NCBI GenBank assembly: GCA_038871515.1
Contig: JAVZHX010000001.1
Location: 192,001 to 256,000, forward strand
DNA from: Candidatus Micrarchaeia archaeon
GTDB taxonomy: Archaea; Micrarchaeota; Micrarchaeia; Burarchaeales; Fermentimicrarchaeaceae
Reading direction: 5' to 3'
DNA length: 64,000 nucleotides
Both the position numbers and the translations under genes were made by a program. The first letter of the stretch is position 1. The number at the start of each line of letters is the position of its first letter. This document shows positions 53,237 to 62,074 of the stretch, piece after piece. The notes under the pieces were generated by a model. That model saw nothing but the letters and a program-made list of their open reading frames with translations. It made no database searches and had not been told where the DNA came from.

Positions 53237-54880
53237 ATGTTGTATTCTCTAATACCGCTTCTCGTAGCTTCACTTGGCGTATTCGTAACACCGCATTTCA
53301 TACGCAACAGAACAAGCTACCCCCCCTCCATTAAACTCATATCTGTATTTGCTTCTTTCTTGGCACTGCTCCTAGTTCTGCTCTTCCCAACCGACAACAC
53401 TTTCCCCCACCTCTTCAGAGAGGACTCCCTCTCCTTCATCTTCTCCCTTCTGGCAAGCTTAATAGGGTTTATCACGATAATCTACTCAACCTGGTATGTT
53501 GAGGAGAACCATAGGGAGTTTTACTCCGCAATGCTGCTCTTCATCGCATCCATGATAGGCTTAGTCATATCAAACAACATACTTCTGCTTGTTTTATGCT
53601 GGGAGGTTACAACAGCAGTATCGTTCATCCTAGTTAGAATGAAGGGAACTGAAAATGCAGCCAAGGCTGCCAACACCGTTTGGGTGATAAACCAACTTGG
53701 CGGCATAGCGATGCTTGTTGGAGCCGCTTATCTTTACGCAGGAGGGATACACACCCTTGACTCATTGTTCATCGCTGGTAATCTCATTGGCACATCCCTT
53801 TTTCTCTTTGCTGCAATAGCAAAGTCCGCAGTATTCCCCTTCCACCCATGGTTGCCGAGTGCAATGGAAGCCTACTCGCCAGTAAGCGCTCTCCTCCACA
53901 GCGCAGCGATGGTTATGGCTGGCATGTATCTACTGATAAGGATGACTCCCCTTCTCCTCTTCTTTGCTGAGCTGAGGGGCATTGTTTTGCTGCTTGGGCT
54001 GCTCACAATTCTCGCCTCATCAACAAAAGCATTTCTTGAGAATGATTTGAAGAGGGTGCTGGCTTACTCCACTCTCACTAACATAGGAATGATTGCTACC
54101 TGCATAGCATTTGCCTCTCCTTTCTCCATAGCTGCCGCATTATTTCACATAATCTCGCATGCTCTTTTCAAAGCATCTCTGTTTTTGGAGGCAGGAGTTT
54201 TTGAGCATTCGCTAGGGACAAGGGAGATAGACAAACTTGGAGGGGTGGTTGGGAAGCTTCCAATAACTACTTTTTTCTTCTCTCTTTCAGCACTTAGCGC
54301 AATGGGAGTGCCCGCCACTCTGGGGTTCACAAGCAAGTTCGCGATGTATGAATCAACCCTGCCCTTCATCTCCCTCTTTCTCCTATTTGGAACGGTGCTT
54401 GCAGCAACATACTACGCATGTATCCTGGGGCATCTTCTGATCAAGCAGAAAAGCAAAAAACTTCACGAGGAGGCAAGGAGCATCACCGCAATAGCTCCTC
54501 TCTCCCTTGGCTCGGTGCTGCTTGCAGTCTACCCATTCCCAATAATGAATCTATGCTCCAAAGCAGTTAACGAATTACTCAACACAAGCTTCACTTTTCC
54601 AACGCTTGTCAACCCACCAATGACATACCTTTCCGTTCTGCTTACCATCGGACTGGCTTTGGCTGTGAGGGGAGGAAGAGCCACCTTGCCGTTCCGCTCT
54701 GGGGAGCCGCTGAGAGGTAAACTGCCTACGCCAAGCTTGCAGATTTATGATGTAAGAAAAACATCTGAAAAAATATATTCATTAATCGATGTTGAAGTAT
54801 GGTTCAGGATGATGGGCCCTGCAGGCGAGCTCATTTATAACATGCTCTCAAAAATTAGAGAGCGCGTTGAGGTGAGATGA
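53237..54880 (+). CDS. NuoL/EchA-like proton-translocating membrane subunit
   Basis: CWE, KSAVFPFHPWLPSAMEA.SPVSALLHSA, KRVLAYST and HALFKA.LFL. Confidence 0.92.
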   Translation: MLYSLIPLLVASLGVFVTPHFIRNRTSYPPSIKLISVFASFLALLLVLLFPTDNTFPHLFREDSLSFIFSLLASLIGFITIIYSTWYVEENHREFYSAMLLFIASMIGLVISNNILLLVLCWEVTTAVSFILVRMKGTENAAKAANTVWVINQLGGIAMLVGAAYLYAGGIHTLDSLFIAGNLIGTSLFLFAAIAKSAVFPFHPWLPSAMEAYSPVSALLHSAAMVMAGMYLLIRMTPLLLFFAELRGIVLLLGLLTILASSTKAFLENDLKRVLAYSTLTNIGMIATCIAFASPFSIAAALFHIISHALFKASLFLEAGVFEHSLGTREIDKLGGVVGKLPITTFFFSLSALSAMGVPATLGFTSKFAMYESTLPFISLFLLFGTVLAATYYACILGHLLIKQKSKKLHEEARSITAIAPLSLGSVLLAVYPFPIMNLCSKAVNELLNTSFTFPTLVNPPMTYLSVLLTIGLALAVRGGRATLPFRSGEPLRGKLPTPSLQIYDVRKTSEKIYSLIDVEVWFRMMGPAGELIYNMLSKIRERVEVR

Positions 54881-56010
54881 TGCACAACTCTCACTTTGTA
54901 ATCGGACCATCCCACCCGATGCTTGTTGAGCCAGCAAGATTTATTTTCAGGATTGAGGGGGAGATAGTTAGAAAAGTTGAAATCAACCTTGGCTACACCC
55001 ACAAAGGAATAGAGAAACTGCTTGAAACAAAAAACTACGTGCAGGCAGTGCCTGTTGTTGAGAGAATATGCGGCATCTGCTCCCACTGCCACACTTCAAA
55101 CTTCTGCTATATGATTGAAAAACTTGACGGCATTGAAATTCCAGAAAGAGCAAAGCACATAAGAACGATTGCTGCGGAGCTTGAGAGAATGCACAGCCAC
55201 CTGCTCTGCCTTGCCTTAACAATGGAGGATGTGGGGCAGAGAACGCTTTTCATGCACCTTATGGATAAGAGGGAGAGAGTGGTTGATGCGTTTGAGGAGT
55301 TCAGCGGTGGGAGGGTGCATCACTCAATAAACACAATTGGCGGAGTGCGTTGTGATATTGATGAGAACTCAAAAAAGATGATAGAGAAAACAGCAAAAGA
55401 AATATCTGAATACTCCGCAAAGCTCGGCAGAATTGTGATGAACAATAAAACAATAAGAAGCAGGCTTGAGGGCAACGGTGTTTTGAGCAGGGAAGAAGCA
55501 AGAAAGCTTGGTGTAGTCGGCCCTGTTGCAAGGGGCTCCGGAATAAACAATGACGTGAGAAAAGTATCCCCATATGGAAAGTATTCCGAAATAGAGTTTG
55601 AAATTCCCTTTAGGGATGAGGGAGATAGCCTTGCGAGGACAATGATAAGGATTGAGGAGATACCTGAATCCGCGAGGATAATAACCGAATGCCTAAAAAG
55701 AATGCAACCTGGTGAGTTGAGGATTAAATGGTCCGGGAAACCCAGGGAGGGAGAGCAGGTTCATCTTGTGGAAGCTCCGCGAGGTGAAAATCTGCACTAC
55801 GTTGTCTCAAAAGGGGAGAGAAACCCTTACAGAGTGAGGATAAGACCGCCTTCATTTGCGAACATGCAGGCTGCCGCCAGGATTTTGGAGGATGCGAGAG
55901 TGTCGGACATACCCCCAGCCGTCATAAGCCTTGATCCATGCCTAAGCTGCACTGAGAGAACCGCATATCTTGATGAAAGAGGGATCGCATATGTTGAGTA
56001 CAGGGGCTGA
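54877..56010 (+). CDS. Group 4 [NiFe]-hydrogenase large subunit
   Basis: L1 ERICGICSHCH, EAPRGE, L2 DPCLSCTER plus a 16-aa C-terminal extension. Confidence 0.95.
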   Translation: MMHNSHFVIGPSHPMLVEPARFIFRIEGEIVRKVEINLGYTHKGIEKLLETKNYVQAVPVVERICGICSHCHTSNFCYMIEKLDGIEIPERAKHIRTIAAELERMHSHLLCLALTMEDVGQRTLFMHLMDKRERVVDAFEEFSGGRVHHSINTIGGVRCDIDENSKKMIEKTAKEISEYSAKLGRIVMNNKTIRSRLEGNGVLSREEARKLGVVGPVARGSGINNDVRKVSPYGKYSEIEFEIPFRDEGDSLARTMIRIEEIPESARIITECLKRMQPGELRIKWSGKPREGEQVHLVEAPRGENLHYVVSKGERNPYRVRIRPPSFANMQAAARILEDARVSDIPPAVISLDPCLSCTERTAYLDERGIAYVEYRG

Positions 56011-56806
56011 GTTGCTCCCGTTTGAATTGTTGGTAATGGATGTTGGAACGCTTGTGGTTGGATACGTTTTATTCAGGGAGAGCAGGAAGTATGCAAAAAA
56101 CTACGTGATTTCACAAGTGGTTGGAACCGCTCTGATTATAGCAGGATTTTTGATTGACAGCAACTACAGAAGCTTCTCCGGCGCAATACTCGTTGCCGGC
56201 TTCCTCGCAAAGCTCGGCATCTTTCCTTTTCTGTGGTTGCACAGCGTGGTTCTACGCTCAAATCTGCCAACGAGTCTCTTCGTCTGCGCTAATACCTCAA
56301 TAGTTCTTCTTATGTCGTACATAAGTAGGAGTTTGATGAACCAGACTGCGGTTGTTGTATTCGGGTTGCTCGCATTGCTATTTTCCGCCATCAGCGCAAT
56401 CTATGATAAAAAAATAAAAAGCTCCGTATCATCTCTCATAGCCGCGCAGACAGCATATATGTTTGTCAGCTTCTCATTCCTCCCTCTTTTCTCACTATTC
56501 ATAGCTGTCATTTCCGATTTTCTTGTGAAGTTCACCCTCCTTGCTTCTGAGGAGAGGAGAGATGATATCGCACAGATTATCGTAGCGCTTTACTTCGCAG
56601 AGATGCCTCCCTTCCCGACGTTTGCTGAGGAATTTGAGATTCTTGAGAGAAGCTTCAACATAGGAATTATTTTGAACATAGCCGGTTTGCTTATGATGGT
56701 GGCTCTTCTCATGCACAGGGTGAAGGGTGGCAAGAGCCTGGGAGCCAGAATTATTGGTGCAATACTGCTGTTGCTAGGATTGATAGTTCTGATGAGGGAG
56801 ATATGA
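55991..56806 (+). CDS. Short, divergent NuoN/MnhD-like antiporter subunit
   Basis: GFLAKLGIFPF..W and MPPFPTF resemble antiporter-subunit motifs; multi-TM. Confidence 0.65.
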   Translation: MLSTGAELLPFELLVMDVGTLVVGYVLFRESRKYAKNYVISQVVGTALIIAGFLIDSNYRSFSGAILVAGFLAKLGIFPFLWLHSVVLRSNLPTSLFVCANTSIVLLMSYISRSLMNQTAVVVFGLLALLFSAISAIYDKKIKSSVSSLIAAQTAYMFVSFSFLPLFSLFIAVISDFLVKFTLLASEERRDDIAQIIVALYFAEMPPFPTFAEEFEILERSFNIGIILNIAGLLMMVALLMHRVKGGKSLGARIIGAILLLLGLIVLMREI

Positions 56807-57204
56807 TGATTAAAAAATCACCTTGGGTGTATCTGCTCGGTTTGGCCGGCTGCAACGGCTGCGACATAGAAATAGCCGCAGCGGTTGGGCCGAGATTTGA
56901 CCCAGAAAGATTGGGGATAAAAATAGTGAGCTCCCCAAGACACGCGGACATACTCCTGGTGAATGGAACAGTTAACAAGAAAATGAAAAAAATTGTGAAA
57001 GAGGTGTACAACCAAATGTCAAACCCGAAGATTGTTGTGGCAGTTGGCTCATGCGCAATCTCAAACGGCCCATTTAGGGAATGCTATAATATGGAATGCA
57101 GAGTGGATGAGATTGTGCCCGTTTCAGTTTACATCCCCGGATGCCCGCCAAGGCCGCATGCGATACTTTATGGAATTAAAAAGGCATTGGAGCTGGTAAA
57201 ATGA
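56803..57204 (+). CDS. Hydrogenase small subunit (NuoB/EchC-like)
   Basis: CNGCDIE, SPRHAD, GSCA..NG.F and PGCPPRP. Confidence 0.95.
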   Translation: MMIKKSPWVYLLGLAGCNGCDIEIAAAVGPRFDPERLGIKIVSSPRHADILLVNGTVNKKMKKIVKEVYNQMSNPKIVVAVGSCAISNGPFRECYNMECRVDEIVPVSVYIPGCPPRPHAILYGIKKALELVK

Positions 57205-58040
57205 TCGCACTTCTCATCGCATTTGTTTTTGGCATATTCGCATCGTGGTTGTTGAGAAATCTTGCTGCAAGGGCAGAGGGGAGAGTTGGGCCGCCGCTTC
57301 TTCAGCCAGTTTGGGATTTGATAAAACTGTTCAGCAAAGGCTCGGTTGGAGATGTTTCAGAAGCACTTCCCTTGCTCTCACTTCTGCTTGTTGCGTTTGC
57401 CGTAATCAATCTGCCCTCACCTAGTAACTGGGGCGGGAACCTGATTGTTGTGCTCTACTCCCTAACCGCTTCTTCAATATTCACGGCAATAGCCGGCTTT
57501 GCCTCATCCTCCCCGTTCTCAAGAGTTGGAGGCTCAAGGGAGTTACAGCAGACTCTTCTTTCTGAACTTCTCTTCCTCGCGGCAGGCTTCTCAGCAGTTG
57601 TTGCCGCGAACAGCACTTCTTTTCAAGCGATTGCTCTGCACAACCACCTTCTACTCTTCATTAATTTTTTGATGATGCTTATTGCATGCCAGGCGAAACT
57701 GAGAAAAGCTCCGTTTGATATCCCTGATGCGAACGTTGAGGTTGCCGGCGGCCCTGCAACTGAGTTCTCAGGTTACGCATTGGGAATGCACGAGCTCACA
57801 TATCTACTTGAGTTGTACTGCCTGCCAATGCTCGCCTCATTCCTGTTTTTAGGGCTGGATTACACGGCTTCACTTTTGGCAAGCCTACTGGTAATTCTTG
57901 TGTTTGGCGGAATAGCTGCGCTGAGCGCTCGTTTCAGTGTTAAAAACTCTAACAAGCTGCTCTTTTTCGCTTTTCTCCTCTCAATGCTGATAACAACAAT
58001 TCTTTACATAGGAGGTAGGTTTAATGGAACTTTTATCTGA
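57201..58040 (+). CDS. NuoH/EchB-like membrane subunit
   Basis: GRVGPPLLQP.WD..KLF.K and PFD....E...GP.TEFSG. Confidence 0.93.
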   Translation: MIALLIAFVFGIFASWLLRNLAARAEGRVGPPLLQPVWDLIKLFSKGSVGDVSEALPLLSLLLVAFAVINLPSPSNWGGNLIVVLYSLTASSIFTAIAGFASSSPFSRVGGSRELQQTLLSELLFLAAGFSAVVAANSTSFQAIALHNHLLLFINFLMMLIACQAKLRKAPFDIPDANVEVAGGPATEFSGYALGMHELTYLLELYCLPMLASFLFLGLDYTASLLASLLVILVFGGIAALSARFSVKNSNKLLFFAFLLSMLITTILYIGGRFNGTFI

Positions 58041-58350
58041 GATAATTAAGAAAATGGTGAGGAAACCTTCTACCGAGAAATACCCCTACGCCCCATCACC
58101 CGCTCCGCAAAAAACAAGAGCACGCTTAACAAGAGACAGAAAGATATGCATAAACTGCGGGGCTTGCACTCTTGTATGCCCCTCAAAAGCATGCTACTTC
58201 GTGCAAGAGAAAGATAAAAGAAGAGTTGAGTTCAACTTAGCTTACTGCACATTCTGCGCCCAGTGCGTTGAGGTTTGCCCTGTGAAATGCTTAAAAATGG
58301 TTAATGAGTATGAACTTGCAACAAAGGATAAAGGAGAGCTGATAATCTGA
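58024..58350 (+). CDS. NuoI/EchF-like 2x[4Fe-4S] subunit
   Basis: CINCGACTLVCP and CTFCAQCVEVCP. Confidence 0.93.
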   Translation: MELLSEIIKKMVRKPSTEKYPYAPSPAPQKTRARLTRDRKICINCGACTLVCPSKACYFVQEKDKRRVEFNLAYCTFCAQCVEVCPVKCLKMVNEYELATKDKGELII

Positions 58351-58373
58351 AATTCATAAAAAACATTGGGGTT

Positions 58374-58889
58374 GTGCTTGTAAGTTTGTACTTCCTTTTT
58401 TACGGAGCGTACATCACAGTATATGCAAAAACATTTCTCACTGCAGTTGGGCTCACCCAATGCTTCGGTGAGCAGTGCTTGAAAATTGGCTTCCTCAGTT
58501 TGCTTGGCTGGATACTTGTTGGGATTGGTTTGGTTTACATAATAACCGCTGTTCTCCTCCGCTTCCACAAACTTGGTTGCTACACCGCGATGGTTATCTC
58601 ATTATTCAGCATTCTCCTCATAATTGCATACTCCCTCAAACCAGATTTAACAGCTCTCTGGCTCATTTTCATTTTTCCAGTAAAACTTGCTACGACAACA
58701 GCAGCAAACCTTCCGGTGATTGGAGGTTTATTGCAAATTTTTGTGAGTTTAACAGAAACTCTAACCATCCTCGTCAATCTGATAATTTTCATTTACTTGC
58801 TCATTCTATTTGGAAAAGGAATTTGGAATGAAAAAATTGAAATCAGCAAGGAAATTGAGGAGTTAGAAGAAGAGAATAGCCGAGCCTGA
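58374..58889 (+). CDS. Hypothetical membrane protein
   Basis: Four to five hydrophobic segments; no recognised family. Confidence 0.55.
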   Translation: MLVSLYFLFYGAYITVYAKTFLTAVGLTQCFGEQCLKIGFLSLLGWILVGIGLVYIITAVLLRFHKLGCYTAMVISLFSILLIIAYSLKPDLTALWLIFIFPVKLATTTAANLPVIGGLLQIFVSLTETLTILVNLIIFIYLLILFGKGIWNEKIEISKEIEELEEENSRA

Positions 58890-59259
58890 GTGGGTGGTGG
58901 ATTAGAATTAGAAGGCCCGGCCATTCGAACATGAAAAGCCGTGAGTTTTGGAGATGCTACAGCTCCTTTTAGCAAGTGCAGAGAAAGGCTTTTAGTAGTG
59001 GACGGGCTCACGGATCGCTTGCGCTTTCCGCTTACACCCCCACCCTATCAACAGGATCTGCTATCCTGGCCTTGGACTGCCTCGTTTTGAGAATGGCTTC
59101 GACCTTAGATGCTTTCAGGTCTTATCCACTGGCGCGTGGCTGCCCGGCAGTGCTTTTCACAACCGGTAAACTAGAGGCGCCGATTCCCTGTTCCTCTCGT
59201 ACTCAGGGAATCCTGCTCTCAGGCAGTCAGCACTCCTAGGAGATACTACCGAACTGTCT

Positions 59260-59310
59260 TTGTCGCCCCAGATGGCAAGAAAATTAATAGTGAAATTTGC
59301 CATCGGGGGT
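59260..59310 (-). other. 51-nt ORF-less BHB intron in 23S (after about E. coli 2597)
   Basis: GTCG-CG|A [hairpin CCCC..GATGGCAA/TTGCCATC..GGGG] CGAC-AA|A; removal restores GTCGCGAGACAG. Confidence 0.92.
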
Positions 59311-59321
59311 CGCGACGTTCT

Positions 59322-59356
59322 TTAGGCTAGAAGGGGTTATGGATAACCACTCCTAT
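59322..59356 (-). other. 35-nt ORF-less BHB intron in 23S (after about E. coli 2586)
   Basis: GGGT-TC|A [TAGGAG.GGTTAT/ATAACC.CTTCTA hairpin] GCCT-AA|A; removal restores GAGCTGGGTTCAGAACG. Confidence 0.9.
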
Positions 59357-59635
59357 GAACCCAGCTCGTGTAGGTCTTTAATGGATGAACAACCCAACCC
59401 TTGGCGGCTCCTGCACCGCCAGGATGACCTAGGCCGACAGCGATGTACCAAACCGCGAGGTCGATGTGTACTCTCGCCCGCGACGAGCCTGTTACCCCCG
59501 GGGTAGCTTGTCTGACAGCTTGGACCCTCAACAAAAGGGATACCAAGGTTCGTTAAGCCCCTCTTTCGAGCCTGAATCCCACGCTTTTAAGGATTCAGTC
59601 AGCCCTGCATTTGTCTTTGACCCTTACCGGCGGAT

Positions 59636-59665
59636 TTTCAGCCCCATAGCTAAGGCTATAGTGGA
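59636..59665 (-). other. 30-nt ORF-less BHB intron in 23S (after about E. coli 2310)
   Basis: TCAG-AA|T [hairpin] CTGA-AA|A; removal restores GGCGGGTCAGAAATCCGCC. Confidence 0.9.
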
Positions 59666-59676
59666 TTCTGACCCGC

Positions 59677-60585
59677 CTAAGCAGAGCATTCCCCGGTTTT
59701 TAAACCCCGACCTATAATTTTTTCCAAATCAGCAAGATCCGCGGTTACTGTTATTGGTAAATCAGAAAATTTATCTAATAAATTTTTATAAGTGTAGATG
59801 ACAACATTGTAGCCAATACCAGTAAACACATGGACTTTTTCTTTAGTTCTTTTTATGTGCGGTTCCCAGTCAAATCCTACCACTTCTATTATCAAGTTTT
59901 TATTGGGTATGAGAAAGTCCGGGTAGTACCTAGTGACTTTTTTCTCGTATATAAAATTGATTCTTTTTTCTGTCAAAAATTTTGCTAACTCTATTTCCTT
60001 TAGACTTCTATACTGCTTTTCATCGAAAGATATTTTCTTTCTGAAAGATTTTCTGAATATTTTTTCAAGTCGTTTTTGTAACTGGGATTCAGACAACTTG
60101 GCAATTGAATTTCTTCCGCCAAGCCTGCCAATTTCTCTGTAAGGGTTTTCTCCATATTTTTTTGTTAATGCCGCTTTAGCTAGGATGCGTCTTTTTATCT
60201 CTATATTTTTATTCCTCCTGGTTAATTCATCCAATTTAATTTTGCCTTTTTTACCTAACACACTATGTAAGTTTCTCCCATATTTTTTTCTTAACTTATT
60301 AATCCCCTTCTTGCTAGCAACCCTAAGAATATCCGAAATGCTTGTTTTTTTATAGCCGAAGTCATCAATATTGATTGAAAATTCATCGGCCCATTTTTTT
60401 ACTAGCATTGCTGGCATTGTTCTCTCCCCTCTCCAGTACATTTTAAGACAACCATAGGGTAGTGCTAGTTTTTCTGTTAACTCCCTAAGCGTCGTAGAAT
60501 TAGTTCTTAAACTAAGCTCTAGAAAAAATCTCCGTCGCTCACTTTTTGATCTAAATTTTATTCTCTCATTCAATTCAATGTCCAT
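59677..60585 (-). CDS. Intron-encoded putative PD-(D/E)xK (Vsr/DUF559-like) endonuclease with N-terminal HTH and KYG repeats
   Basis: RS.KE...L....I.FIYE....YYPDF.......IIEVVG..W..H motif; no LAGLIDADG motif. Confidence 0.75.
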   Translation of the reverse strand: MDIELNERIKFRSKSERRRFFLELSLRTNSTTLRELTEKLALPYGCLKMYWRGERTMPAMLVKKWADEFSINIDDFGYKKTSISDILRVASKKGINKLRKKYGRNLHSVLGKKGKIKLDELTRRNKNIEIKRRILAKAALTKKYGENPYREIGRLGGRNSIAKLSESQLQKRLEKIFRKSFRKKISFDEKQYRSLKEIELAKFLTEKRINFIYEKKVTRYYPDFLIPNKNLIIEVVGFDWEPHIKRTKEKVHVFTGIGYNVVIYTYKNLLDKFSDLPITVTADLADLEKIIGRGLKTGECSA

Positions 60586-60617
60586 GTTTTGTTATAGGCT
60601 TCCGGGTTTAAAATCCT
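59689..60617 (-). mobile_element. 929-nt BHB intron in 23S (after about E. coli 2287) encoding a putative homing endonuclease
   Basis: GCCC-AA|A GG.TTTTAAACCC...GGGTTTAAAA.CC GGGG-AA|T; AT-rich interior; removal restores GGCGCCCAATGCTCTGC. Confidence 0.9.
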
Positions 60618-62074
60618 TTGGGCGCCCTTGTTTCCTTATCGAGGGCGTACCGCCCCAGCCAAACTATCCATCTGCCGGTGTCCCCTTTCAGGTTAGGAAC
60701 ACAGCAGCTGTAGAGCGGTGTTTCACTTTCGCATTCACACCCCCCGCAAGAGGTGTTTCGACGCTCCCGCTTACGCTGTGCAACAACCACCGTATCCCAA
60801 CGACAGACTATAGTAAAGCTCCACGGGGTCTTCGTTTCCCCCTAGAAGTCCTCGGCATCTTCACCGAGTAGTGAGTTCACCAGGTCCCAGATAGGGACAG
60901 CGGGACGCTCGTTATGCCCTTCATGCAAGCCACCAATTAAGCGGCGAGGTATTACGCTACCTTAAGAGGGTCAGAGTTACCCCCGCTCTTTGCCGGCGCT
61001 TTGCTCCATTGGACTGGAGTTTGACGTACCGGTAGTGAGCAGGCATCGCCCCCTATACTAAGCCTTTCGGCTTTGCAGGGAGCTGTGTTTTTGGTAAACA
61101 GTCGACGTCCCCTTGTCACTGCGACCTGCGGTTGCAGCTTGCGCCACAACTGCAGGCATGGCTTCTCCCGAAGTTACGCCACTGGATTGCCGAGTTCCCT
61201 TACCTGGGTTCTCCTGACACGCCTTGGCTTCCTCTGCCAGCAGCACCTGTACGAGTTCTAGGTACGAGCTCGTGGAATCGCTGCCAGCTTCCTTTTCACG
61301 GGCTCAAGGAATCAGCGGAACCACCTTGCGATGGCCTTCCCAGAGTTAGACTGCTTCTCCTCATAACGAGTCTCTGCAGTCTTGCAGAGGTTAGATGAGC
61401 TCTCGCTCACTCCACCTATCCCCAAGCGTCAGAAGCTGGCCTTGTGTCGCCACGTCTACCCACGAGGCACTGGAATCTTAACCAGTTTCCCTTTTGCTCC
61501 CGAGTAATTAGCTGGGAGCTTAGGATCGGCTTACTCTTAACTGACGAACATTGTTAAGAAAACCGTGTGCTATCCGGCGTCCAGGATTCTCACCTGGATT
61601 TGCTGTTACTAACACCAAGATATTTGTTTCTGACAGGTCCATTGGAACTCACGCCCCAACTTCTGCCCTGCCAGAACACCCCCCTACCAGATGATGCTTG
61701 CGGCATCCTCCGGGGTATCGGCACCTGGCTTAGCCCCGGTAATCTTCAGAGCCTGCACTCTCGACTGGTCCGCTGTTACGCGTTGTTTAAAGGATGGCTG
61801 CTTCTGAGCCTACCTTCCAGCTGTTTTAGAGTGGAGACTCCTTTGAGATTAGCACTTAGCCAGGATTTAGGGGCCTTAACCTCGGTCTCGGTCGTTCCCG
61901 TCCCGGCATGCTAGCTTACCCAGCACGCCCGACTCCCATCTTCTACGGTGATTGTGAATTCGGAGTTTGAAAAGACAGTAGAGCCTTTCGGCTCCGTTCT
62001 GCCTGATCAGTGCTCTACCTCACAATCCACCTCCAATGGGGCTATCCTAAGGGATACTTCGGGGGGAACCCGCT

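Noticed and set aside
58890..58975. 5S rRNA downstream of 23S
   Set aside because: Too short and no 5S motifs; probably the 3' processing stem.
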